A stretch of DNA of 62,656 nt from a virus (taxonomy: Duplodnaviria; Caudoviricetes), in the IMG/VR virus record IMGVR_UViG_3300025141_013570, positions 1 to 62,656 of that record; one strand, written 5' to 3'. Below the pieces are notes generated by a model. The model was not told the DNA's origin. It searched no databases and worked only from the letters and a program-made list of their open reading frames with translations. Numbering within the stretch: position 1 is the first letter of the stretch; each line of letters starts with the position of its first letter. Both the position numbers and the translations under genes were made by a program. Shown piece by piece: positions 55,040 to 62,656 of the stretch.

Positions 55040-56294
55040 TGCTTGCCCCCTTTATATCAGGAGTCTCCACGAAAACATCTTGAACACTTTGTACAAATTG
55101 CTCGTAGATTTTTTCTGGTGTGTGATTTTTAATAACTTGAGATTGAAGCAGTTTAGCTCTGTTTCTATAGTGTTCTTCTTTTGTGATGGCCTCTTTCAGG
55201 GCGCGTCTAAAGGACGAAGCTTTGGGAAAAGCCCATTTAGATTCGGCCGTAACGACATTGTCCCATACTGCCTCGGGCTGTACGGCTCTTAATTCATAAT
55301 CTACTTTAATTATGGAGGGTACCTCTTTGCCTTTTTTGTTCTTACGGCAAATGTAATCCATATGACCGCTCCAGGGGATTGCTATTAAGGGCAGCCCATT
55401 ATAAGCTGCCTCAAACATTGGTAAACCATACCCTTCCCCATGGCCAATATTTATCAAAGCTTTCATGCTGGGGTGTTGGTACAGCCATGCTAGCTGTCCC
55501 GGGGAGATTTCTCCATGCAAAAGATAGGTCTTGCATTGCCTATCGGGAAAATTATTCAAAAAATCCTGGAGGTATGTCGAAACCTTTTCTCTGTCTCCTA
55601 ACGAGTCACTAACGATGTTGGTTTTAAGGATAAGGCCCACATCTGGGTCATCCTTAAATGTTTCCATAAACCACTTTACGGTGTTTTCCATATTTTTGCG
55701 GGGGCCCCATTGTGAAACTACTAAAAAATTTGTATGGGTTTCAAACGGAATTTCAATCTCTTCGGCTTCGGCCTCGCGAGTGGGATAATTTACCACGTCT
55801 ATTGGTACCTCTAATACAAGTTTGTGGCGGTTACCCGTCCCGGGATCGACAGACTCATATTCTACGTCGGCAAAAGAAGTTCTCGAATGCTCTGATATCG
55901 TAATAATTTTATCCATCAGCGAATTAGTATGCTGGATCCACAGCGGGGCGACCTGTGTGGTCTCGATGCCCGCGGTGTACCCTATGTTAATAGGGGCCAT
56001 TTTTTCAAATTCGGGAGGAATAGTTATTTGCAAAGATGCATCAAACCCATAAGCGCTCTCGGGGCCGGCGGCGCCGCAATCTGACATGTGCTGTGTTGTC
56101 TTGTAGACCAACGCGTCGAGGAGTTCTCGTTCTTCGGAATTTCCCATTATCATTCCTGTATGCCCCCATGGGATGTTAATTATATAAAGGTCAAACAAAT
56201 CGGGCCGACTGGACAGTGCCCGAATCGCAAAACGAGCCTGTTCTCCATACCCGGACCTGGACAATACCGGTGCTTTTATGATTATTTTTTTCAT
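55023..56294 (-). CDS. GT4 glycosyltransferase
   Basis: SRSGYG, RKN, HGEGYGLPMFEA, WSGHMDY. Confidence 0.9.
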   Translation of the reverse strand: MKKIIIKAPVLSRSGYGEQARFAIRALSSRPDLFDLYIINIPWGHTGMIMGNSEERELLDALVYKTTQHMSDCGAAGPESAYGFDASLQITIPPEFEKMAPINIGYTAGIETTQVAPLWIQHTNSLMDKIITISEHSRTSFADVEYESVDPGTGNRHKLVLEVPIDVVNYPTREAEAEEIEIPFETHTNFLVVSQWGPRKNMENTVKWFMETFKDDPDVGLILKTNIVSDSLGDREKVSTYLQDFLNNFPDRQCKTYLLHGEISPGQLAWLYQHPSMKALINIGHGEGYGLPMFEAAYNGLPLIAIPWSGHMDYICRKNKKGKEVPSIIKVDYELRAVQPEAVWDNVVTAESKWAFPKASSFRRALKEAITKEEHYRNRAKLLQSQVIKNHTPEKIYEQFVQSVQDVFVETPDIKGASNVLLL

Positions 56295-57544
56295 TAGAAT
56301 ACCCTAACTTCGTATGAGGAGTGATTTTTACGCGTCTCCCAGGAGCCCTTTTCTTGGTAGATACCGGTGAGCAATTCATCCCACCTTTGGACGAAATCCT
56401 CAAAATTAAATCTCTTTTGCGTCCACTTTCTTCCGGCTGCACCCAATTTCTCACGTTGGTGTGGGCTCATATTATACATCTCTAGCATCGCTTCCATGAA
56501 GTCCTCTTTAGAGATGCGGTCTTCATAAATATATGGCACCTCTTGAGATCCAATGATAGCCTTGGAGGCAGGCTCAATACCAATTCCAAAGAAGTTTTTA
56601 CCATCGGTCACTTGGTCCTGGAGGCCTCCAGTCATAGTAACCAAGATGGGGGTGCCGCAAGACAGGGACTCCAATGTAGACAGGCCGAAGCCCTCTGCAT
56701 CGGAAATGCAGATGGTGAGATCCGCTACGTTATACATTAACGCTAAATCTGATGCGTTAACCTTTTCTTGTGAGAATTGAACCTCTCCGTTTGTAAGCCC
56801 CAGTTCTTTTATAATAGCTTCAAGGTCTTGCCCGTGGGGATCCCTTACGTCGGTGTGCATAATAAGCACGGCTTTATCGTGGCCTACCTGATCTAAAAAT
56901 TCTTTAAACCACCAGATGAGAGTTCCAGACTGTTTCCGCCTCGCATTTCGACTATTCCAGAAACATATGAATTTATCCTCGAATCCTCGTTGTTGGCGAA
57001 AAAGGTCAGTGATCTTCGTCTGCAGGGGCTTAAATACATCAGAGCGCACAGCATGGGGAATATAAGAAGAGTCGACCTCTGGGGCTACAGTTTGAACTAT
57101 GTCATATGTAAGCTGTGATATACATGCCACATGGTCATTCGAGGCATAGGATACCCTATTATATTTGGGATACGGATAGTTATCCCAAACGTGATAATAT
57201 ACCATAGGCACCACGGAACGAATCTCGTTTTCAATCGCCCAAAGCCATTGATAGAATCTCGGATCTGTCATAAACCAGAGAATATCGGGCTTTTGCTGAT
57301 ATATCATGGCGCGGACCATATCCGGATTACCATAACCGTCGACAGGCCAGATAACCCAGTCCGCTCCCCACTCTTTGGTAGTTTGGGGATCGTGATTGGG
57401 GTGCGAAACTGCTCCCCCAAACGAGACAAATTCATATCTTCCGGTGGCAAGCAGCGATTCAATCATATATCGCGTTTGTGTTCCAACTCCGGAAGGGGAT
57501 AGTGGATGATCACCAATGGTGAAAATCTTAATCTTATCAGACAT
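56294..57544 (-). CDS. GT4 glycosyltransferase
   Basis: SPSGVG, RNARRK, AEGFGLSTLESLSCGTP. Confidence 0.9.
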   Translation of the reverse strand: MSDKIKIFTIGDHPLSPSGVGTQTRYMIESLLATGRYEFVSFGGAVSHPNHDPQTTKEWGADWVIWPVDGYGNPDMVRAMIYQQKPDILWFMTDPRFYQWLWAIENEIRSVVPMVYYHVWDNYPYPKYNRVSYASNDHVACISQLTYDIVQTVAPEVDSSYIPHAVRSDVFKPLQTKITDLFRQQRGFEDKFICFWNSRNARRKQSGTLIWWFKEFLDQVGHDKAVLIMHTDVRDPHGQDLEAIIKELGLTNGEVQFSQEKVNASDLALMYNVADLTICISDAEGFGLSTLESLSCGTPILVTMTGGLQDQVTDGKNFFGIGIEPASKAIIGSQEVPYIYEDRISKEDFMEAMLEMYNMSPHQREKLGAAGRKWTQKRFNFEDFVQRWDELLTGIYQEKGSWETRKNHSSYEVRVF

Positions 57545-57553
57545 ATTAGTTCC

Positions 57554-58336
57554 TTATGGGCAATGTTCAGTATTAAGCAATTTACAAGGATAGGGTTTGT
57601 GACAGTTCAGTCTATTCTTGATAGTAAATCTTTTAGTGATATTATAAATCGCTTGGTACAAAAGTTTAAGGGCGTTTTCGGTTTTTTTTGTACCACTCGT
57701 TACCCTAAAAATTTCTACACGGCCTTTTTTAGCTGTTCTCTTTAACAATGCAAAGTGGGTTTCTACGTTTTCTGGGTCAATCTTGTGCTTTTGGCAAAAA
57801 AAATGTTTGTATAGTGTGAGCTGGTATGTGACCAGCTTTTGAGCCTTCTTGCGCGAATCCCAACCCCACGAACAAGTCTTCCAGTCAAAAAGATGATAAG
57901 TGTCCCCCACTTTCACAACCGCATCAACAAAGCCCTTAAAGTTAATGTTAAAGTTCTCGATAGGCACATAAAGCATTTCTTCCGAAGAGAATACCTCATA
58001 GTCACCAAAGTAGTCTTCAAGAGCATCTTCTACTTGAGCCAAGATTGCGGGCCCTGCTGTGCGCATCGCCTCTACGTTTGATCCATTTACCTCAATATTT
58101 TTTTCCATTAGCTCTTGGAGTTTTTTATCAAAGCCGATCTGGAATACTTCTGCTTCGTCAATATCTTCTTTCAGAAGCTTCTTTTCACACACATCGTGAA
58201 TAGCTGTTCCAAAGGCTGTATATTCGTTCCCTTCGAAAGGGGCGACCCTTTCTACCCAGGCTTTTTGGTGGTAATGGGGGCAATGCGCCCAATCTTTTAA
58301 TTCAGAATAGGATATATGTTCACGCTTCGTCGTCAT
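57554..58336 (-). CDS. Cas4-like PD-(D/E)XK exonuclease
   Basis: ISYSEL...CP, GTAIH, GFVD...DWKT, QLTLY, C-terminal C..PC...HCP (Fe-S cysteines). Confidence 0.88.
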   Translation of the reverse strand: MTTKREHISYSELKDWAHCPHYHQKAWVERVAPFEGNEYTAFGTAIHDVCEKKLLKEDIDEAEVFQIGFDKKLQELMEKNIEVNGSNVEAMRTAGPAILAQVEDALEDYFGDYEVFSSEEMLYVPIENFNINFKGFVDAVVKVGDTYHLFDWKTCSWGWDSRKKAQKLVTYQLTLYKHFFCQKHKIDPENVETHFALLKRTAKKGRVEIFRVTSGTKKTENALKLLYQAIYNITKRFTIKNRLNCHKPYPCKLLNTEHCP

Positions 58337-58940
58337 TAATTATTTCTTCAATCTTTCTATACAGAACCGGGGAGATATCTCTCACCGTTCGTGGATTATC
58401 GAGAAAATACTTCTCAAATCCGTTTGCAAAATACTCTTGTAGAGATGTGGCTCCGTAGGGAGACACGAAAAGGCCCATCGTTAAGGTTAACAAAGTGGGA
58501 TAGCCCACTTCGTTGGCTAAAAAGTTATCAAACTCTTGATTATACTCCGTCAAAGAGTACAACAGAGGGTTGATATGATAACCGTGACTAGACAAAAGAT
58601 GATAGAGCCGGGTTCTTTTGCCTAAAAACTCATCTTTCAAATCTTTACTATACAATTTGAGACCGCGTAGCATCTCTAGTGAGTGTGCGACCTCGTGCAC
58701 AAAATTCTCAACCATATCAAAAGTGGTTGGCTCTGCGCATGTCATGTAGATTCCGCCGTTGCTGAAGGCTGCATTGCGGTCGCTTAATTCTTTAAAGCTT
58801 CCGATATACACAACCTCTACATTCGCCAGTAGTCCCGGCGTAATATAGCTTTCGACTTCCTCACAAAATGCAGGGATATCTACCATCGGACTTGGTTGAT
58901 CTACCACAAAGACCGGTATATGATAAATATAGTATTCCAT
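58320..58940 (-). CDS. Zinc metallopeptidase-like protein (HEXXH)
   Basis: VHEVAH plus downstream SPYGATSLQEYFANGF (gluzincin-type third ligand). Confidence 0.65.
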   Translation of the reverse strand: MEYYIYHIPVFVVDQPSPMVDIPAFCEEVESYITPGLLANVEVVYIGSFKELSDRNAAFSNGGIYMTCAEPTTFDMVENFVHEVAHSLEMLRGLKLYSKDLKDEFLGKRTRLYHLLSSHGYHINPLLYSLTEYNQEFDNFLANEVGYPTLLTLTMGLFVSPYGATSLQEYFANGFEKYFLDNPRTVRDISPVLYRKIEEIINDDEA

Positions 58941-59212
58941 TAATCGGCTGTAGTTTCAGTGGTTGGCGCCGTCGACGTAGGGATTACGTCATCTAGAGCC
59001 TGTTGGTACCCCCGAAGAAAGTTTTCTTCGGCAATCGCCATTAGAAATTCCGGAAATTCGGCAGCAAATACTTGCACTGCCATATCCACCGTCACTTCTT
59101 CTTCCGCCAGGAGGCGGTTTCCTATATAATTAACCACAAGCTGCTTTAGGCCGGTGGTATCCTCAACGGGAGTGTTTAAATCAGAGTTCTCTGTTTCCAT
59201 GTTAATTCTCAC
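58940..59212 (-). CDS. Hypothetical protein
   Basis: Acidic 90-aa ORF overlapping its neighbours; the true start may be the internal Met (METE). Confidence 0.6.
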   Translation of the reverse strand: MRINMETENSDLNTPVEDTTGLKQLVVNYIGNRLLAEEEVTVDMAVQVFAAEFPEFLMAIAEENFLRGYQQALDDVIPTSTAPTTETTAD

Positions 59213-60525
59213 AAATTCTGTGCGGCAAAGGTCGCGACCTTAGAGCGTTCGCCCTTGTGCAAGGTCACGTGAGAAGCAAGTTCAAATTTCTTAAACTTTT
59301 CGACCGCATGGGTTAATCCATTAGATGTTGCATCAATATAAACATTATCGATTTGCTCAACGTCACCGGTTAACACAATTTTGGTACCTTCCCCCACTCT
59401 TGTTATTATAGTCTTTAATTCGTGAGTTGTCAAGTTTTGTGCCTCATCAATTATAATAAAGGCATTAGAGATTGAACGACCACGAATGTAAGTCAATGCT
59501 TCTATCTCTATTGTACCCTTTTGCATGTAAATGTCAAGGGTTACTTTGTCATTTCCCATTAAAAATTGAAGATTATCTTGAATAGGCATTAGCCATGGCG
59601 TCATTTTCTCTTCCAGGCTCCCCGGCAGGAAGCCGATGTCCTTTCCAAGGGGCTGTACGGGCCGAGAAACGATTACGCGGGAGTATTCAGCTATGGACTC
59701 GTCTATGGTCTGTGCAAGCCCTGCAGCGATGGCACAGATCGTTTTACCGCTACCTGCCTTGCCGATTATAGTAACAATCTGAATTTGGGGATCCATCAAG
59801 GCATCCATCAAAAACTGCTGTTCTTTATTGCGGGGCTTAATCCCCCAAATTTTTTGACTCTTAAGGAGCTGTTGAATTGGGGTTGCCTTGTTCTTAAACT
59901 TCCCCAGTGCTGTTTTTTTCTCGTTGGCGTTGGAAACCAGCATCACATACTGATTTGGAAACAGTCCAGCATCATCCAGGTACACACTTTGTTTTTCATA
60001 AAAGCGGTCCACGAGCTGATCGTCGACCAATACGGTAGTACATCCTTCAAAGATATTTTCACTGTGATCTACAATTTGATTATTTTGAAAGTCTTCAGAA
60101 GTAAGACCAACAGCATCAGCTATTACGCGCATATTAATATCACGAGATACTAATATGACTTTGCTCGCGGTTTCTCGTTGGGCCTTAAGCGCTGTAGCTA
60201 TTATCAAGTGATCCGGTACCCTAATATCCAGATCGCACGGAAGATCTTGAGGTTCTACCCCCGCAGCACTAATGGATTTAATTATGCCGAGACCTTTTCG
60301 AATACGAACACCCTTATCGAGTGAACCTGTCGCGCGAAGGTCGTCCCAGATGCGGATAATCTTTCTAGCTTGCGCGCCCACAGCATCTTGACGCTTCTTA
60401 TGTTTGTCAATTTCCTCAAAAACTTTTAAGGGTACGTGTATATCATTGTTTTCGAATGCATAAATACACTCCGCATTTGTAAGGTAAACGCTCGTGTCTA
60501 ACACATAAATCTTTTTTCGACTCAT
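59209..60525 (-). CDS. phoH: PhoH-family ATPase with N-terminal PIN domain
   Basis: VLDTSV...EEID...D..I...SRDINMR (PIN); GKAGSGKT, IGFLPG, YIRGRS, IDEAQN, GDVEQID. Confidence 0.93.
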   Translation of the reverse strand: MSRKKIYVLDTSVYLTNAECIYAFENNDIHVPLKVFEEIDKHKKRQDAVGAQARKIIRIWDDLRATGSLDKGVRIRKGLGIIKSISAAGVEPQDLPCDLDIRVPDHLIIATALKAQRETASKVILVSRDINMRVIADAVGLTSEDFQNNQIVDHSENIFEGCTTVLVDDQLVDRFYEKQSVYLDDAGLFPNQYVMLVSNANEKKTALGKFKNKATPIQQLLKSQKIWGIKPRNKEQQFLMDALMDPQIQIVTIIGKAGSGKTICAIAAGLAQTIDESIAEYSRVIVSRPVQPLGKDIGFLPGSLEEKMTPWLMPIQDNLQFLMGNDKVTLDIYMQKGTIEIEALTYIRGRSISNAFIIIDEAQNLTTHELKTIITRVGEGTKIVLTGDVEQIDNVYIDATSNGLTHAVEKFKKFELASHVTLHKGERSKVATFAAQNL

Positions 60526-60560
60526 ATAAACCTTGGGGCTTTACTAACTAGAGGCGCTTC

Positions 60561-61088
60561 TCAATAATCTCCATTCTTTGCTACGTCTCCGGCTGCAATA
60601 ATGTCCACCCGGCTTGGTGTTATATCGACACCATCTACCTCCGTCGCGGTTTCACTATAGACGCCGGAATCCGTTACAAGAGTGGAGGAGCTTTGAATCT
60701 TGCCCCCTCCGATATTCCAGAGTAGGCCAATCCCTTCTTTTTCACAAACATTCATTTCAGGAGTATTATTGTTCTTACGATCGCCCCCGTTTGCAAAATA
60801 GGTGGGCTTAATACGACGCAAAGCTTCGCAAACAGTATTATCTTTATCATCTACAGCTACTGTTTCTTTAACGCCAATAAATCCCCGAAGGATTTCACAC
60901 CTTTCTTCAAAGGGCATAAAAATATAGCCCTTTTTACGCATAAGCCAAGCGTCTGAATTTACAATTATTATTACTTCGCCGTATTCTGCAGCTTCCTGGA
61001 TCATGCGTAAATGTCCGATGTGTACTGGATCAAAACCTCCGGAGACGCAGACGGTCTCATATGGAGTTTGAGGTAGACTTTTAGTCAT
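60561..61088 (-). CDS. HIGH-family cytidylyl/adenylyltransferase
   Basis: SGGFDPVHIGH, VNSD, FANGGDR, KIQSSS. Confidence 0.88.
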   Translation of the reverse strand: MTKSLPQTPYETVCVSGGFDPVHIGHLRMIQEAAEYGEVIIIVNSDAWLMRKKGYIFMPFEERCEILRGFIGVKETVAVDDKDNTVCEALRRIKPTYFANGGDRKNNNTPEMNVCEKEGIGLLWNIGGGKIQSSSTLVTDSGVYSETATEVDGVDITPSRVDIIAAGDVAKNGDY

Positions 61089-61338
61089 CGACAGATGGTG
61101 CTGTCTGCGGAGGAGTACGCAAGAAGTGCCTGTTCAGTGTTGAGAGTGCCTCTTCAGCCGCGGATACGCGGGTGGTTGCTGTTACTAATTCTTCCACAAT
61201 ATCAGGGTGGTCACTTACACCTACAGAGGTGTTTAAGTATAGTTGCATTGTTGCCATGGCTCGGGCCCTTTCGGCTTCGAAATGGGCGACCAGAGCATGC
61301 ATAAGATGGGTGGCCATTGGGTTAGTTGGAGTATTCAT
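61081..61338 (-). CDS. Hypothetical protein
   Basis: 85 aa; AAGGA upstream; motif YLNTSVGVSDHPDI. Confidence 0.65.
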   Translation of the reverse strand: MNTPTNPMATHLMHALVAHFEAERARAMATMQLYLNTSVGVSDHPDIVEELVTATTRVSAAEEALSTLNRHFLRTPPQTAPSVDD

Positions 61339-61362
61339 ATATATCCTTTCTTGTTAGTGGGG

Positions 61363-61437
61363 TGGCTGCGGTGGCTGGACTTGAACCAGCAGCAATCCGA
61401 TTAACAGTCGGAGGCTCTACCATTGAGCTACACCGCA
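61363..61437 (-). tRNA. tRNA-Asn (anticodon GTT) with encoded CCA
   Basis: TGCGGTG TA GCTC AATGGTA GAGC C TCCGA CT GTT AA TCGGA TTGCT GCTGG TTCAAGT CCAGC CACCGCA G CCA; all four stems pair. Confidence 0.97.
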
Positions 61438-61501
61438 CAAACTTTCCAGTTTGTCTCACTAGTATATATCACACCAGCAATGAACTTAATATTAAAACGT
61501 T

Positions 61502-61738
61502 TCAGGTCCCAAAAAAATCTTCTTCGCGGTCTCGGGGAGTGGTGGTATACACCACCAAGACGAACAATCCCTCCCAAGTGGAAGGAATCTTTTTTCTAGC
61601 AATAGACGCTAGTTCTTTTGTGTCGGCATCTACCACCAAAGTGCGGCCATGGCCACCGTTTTTAATAGTATAGATATAATCTGCTCCGAATTCTATAGCA
61701 GCTTTAAGTCTTAAAGCATCGTCACCAGCTGTACTCAA
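61502..61738 (-). CDS. Hypothetical protein (start uncertain; track gives 61810)
   Basis: An in-frame TTG at 61738 lies just past the upstream stop at 61740. Confidence 0.5.
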   Translation of the reverse strand: MSTAGDDALRLKAAIEFGADYIYTIKNGGHGRTLVVDADTKELASIARKKIPSTWEGLFVLVVYTTTPRDREEDFFGT

Positions 61739-61739
61739 T

Positions 61740-61928
61740 TTAATTTTTCTTTCTACGGGTTTTTTTGTGGAGTTTCTCGAAGAGCAACTTTTTCCACAAC
61801 GTTCCTTCAACTTCTTCTTTTGACATGTTAAGAGAATAAAGGCCGGCCAGAAGCAATCGAATCTCTCGGTTAGAGAGATACACAGTTTTAAGGAAGGCGG
61901 GTAGTTTTTTTCTCGGGTCGTCAGACAT
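61740..61928 (-). CDS. Small basic hypothetical protein
   Basis: 62 aa; GAGGT upstream. Confidence 0.5.
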   Translation of the reverse strand: MSDDPRKKLPAFLKTVYLSNREIRLLLAGLYSLNMSKEEVEGTLWKKLLFEKLHKKTRRKKN

Positions 61929-61939
61929 TTATTATACCT

Positions 61940-62494
61940 CTATACTTCTAAATAGTTCCGGGGTACCAATATAGACTGTCTTCTCCGGTATTGGGTAACC
62001 ATTTCATACAAACAGATATTAGCTGTTTGAGACGTGTTTAAACAATATCCAATGCCCGGCATCTCCACATATACTACATCAGAATTGTGGATTATTTCAG
62101 AGGGAACTCCGGATTCTTCGTTACCCACCACCAAAGCAATAGGGCGGCTAAAATCGAAACTGTAAGAAGCCAGGGGCTTTGAACCTTCCACCAGCTCCGC
62201 AGAAACGATTTGAATTCCTTCACTTTTTGCATGGTCCACGAAATCTCGTGGAGTTGAGAACGATACAATTTCCACATAATCAATAAGACTACCAGACGAT
62301 GCTTTTATACTGTGCCGGGAAGGAACGTGCCCAACCACATAAAGCCGCTCTGCACCAAAGCAAGCAGCACTCCTAACCAAATACCCAAAATTATCATCAA
62401 CGCGGAAATTGATAGCGCAGAGACTAATCGGATACTTTTTGGCAGTTTGGAGTTTATTATCATAACGTTGGCGCCGGGTTTCTTCTCGATGCAT
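61940..62494 (-). CDS. TrmH/SpoU family RNA 2'-O-methyltransferase
   Basis: NFGYLVRSAACFG, LVVGNEESGV, VEMPG...CLNTSQTA. Start placed at MHREE (62494) because the upstream ATGs fall inside the promoter. Confidence 0.9.
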   Translation of the reverse strand: MHREETRRQRYDNKLQTAKKYPISLCAINFRVDDNFGYLVRSAACFGAERLYVVGHVPSRHSIKASSGSLIDYVEIVSFSTPRDFVDHAKSEGIQIVSAELVEGSKPLASYSFDFSRPIALVVGNEESGVPSEIIHNSDVVYVEMPGIGYCLNTSQTANICLYEMVTQYRRRQSILVPRNYLEV

Positions 62495-62500
62495 AATATC

Positions 62501-62528
62501 AGTATACATCATGAAACTTAAATGTCAA
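62501..62528 (-). promoter_or_regulatory. Sigma70-type (early) promoter
   Basis: Minus strand TTGACA-16 nt-TATACT, directly after the terminator. Confidence 0.7.
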
Positions 62529-62529
62529 T

Positions 62530-62556
62530 AAAAAAACCCCCTTCCGAAGAAGGGGG
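62530..62556 (-). terminator. Rho-independent terminator
   Basis: Minus strand CCCCCTTC-TTCG-GAAGGGGG-TTTTTTT: 8-bp stem, UUCG loop, U tract. Confidence 0.92.
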
Positions 62557-62583
62557 CCAAAAATATATTTTTTATATTACTTA

Positions 62584-62656
62584 TTAAATGCTATCATTAA
62601 CGCTTGGAGCGCTTGGTCCGACGTACTCAAGGTACACAACAACCTTTCCTGACGTT
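62584..62656 (-). CDS. 3' end of a gene; possible capsid decoration/cement-like protein
   Basis: ...TSGKVVVYLEYVGPSAPSVNDSI then TAA TAA and a strong terminator. The GKxxVYxEY strand resembles small jelly-roll virion proteins. Confidence 0.45.
   Translation of the reverse strand, partial: TSGKVVVYLEYVGPSAPSVNDSI

Noticed and set aside
37887-57544. Host capsule/O-antigen locus joined by misassembly
   Set aside because: No Wzx/Wzy/ABC export genes, and the genes abut phage-type genes on both sides with the same strand and packing.
57554-58336. CRISPR-Cas system suggested by the Cas4-like gene
   Set aside because: No repeat-spacer array or other cas genes seen; solo Cas4-like nucleases are common in phages.
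61326-61673. 115-aa plus-strand ORF
   Set aside because: It is the antisense reading of tRNA-Asn and neighbouring genes.
3240-62521. Many short plus-strand and nested ORFs in the track
   Set aside because: They are shadows of long minus-strand genes with recognisable motifs and have no independent support.
1-62656. Stop-codon reassignment, introns, inteins or a diversity-generating retroelement
   Set aside because: TAA, TAG and TGA all end well-packed genes. No reverse transcriptase, homing nuclease or intein motifs were recognised, and the 44-bp repeat shows no adenine-specific variation.

Overview
This 62.7-kb window looks like part of a large (probably jumbo) myovirus-type phage genome. 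Genes are densely packed, essentially all on the minus strand, often with overlapping stop/start codons, and use the standard genetic code. In transcription order (right to left) there are four blocks. (1) The end of a probable virion gene with a strong terminator, then accessory genes: TrmH/SpoU methyltransferase, tRNA-Asn(GTT), a cytidylyltransferase, PIN-PhoH, a HEXXH protein and a Cas4-like nuclease. (2) A ~20-kb glycan island: three GT4 glycosyltransferases, two Maf/DUF115-like transferase domains, two NeuB synthases, a NeuA-type CMP-synthetase, a kinase-methyltransferase fusion, a B12 radical SAM enzyme, two 2OG-Fe(II) oxygenases, HADs, cupins and a nucleotidyltransferase-kinase. (3) A gp55-like sigma factor and small genes. 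(4) A ~36-kb baseplate/tail module: three tandem paralogues sharing an N-terminal carrier domain but carrying different envelope enzymes (lytic transglycosylase, SGNH esterase, muramidase), a spike-like protein, gp25- and gp6-like wedge proteins, a 3499-aa multi-LamG protein and further structural genes. The strongest candidates for undescribed biology are the three-enzyme modular tail tip, possible nonulosonate O-glycosylation of virion proteins at recurring [S/T]-[G/A/S]-[S/T] motifs, and a TAnTTA late-promoter candidate paired with the phage sigma factor. All family calls come from motif recognition by eye; no database searches were run.
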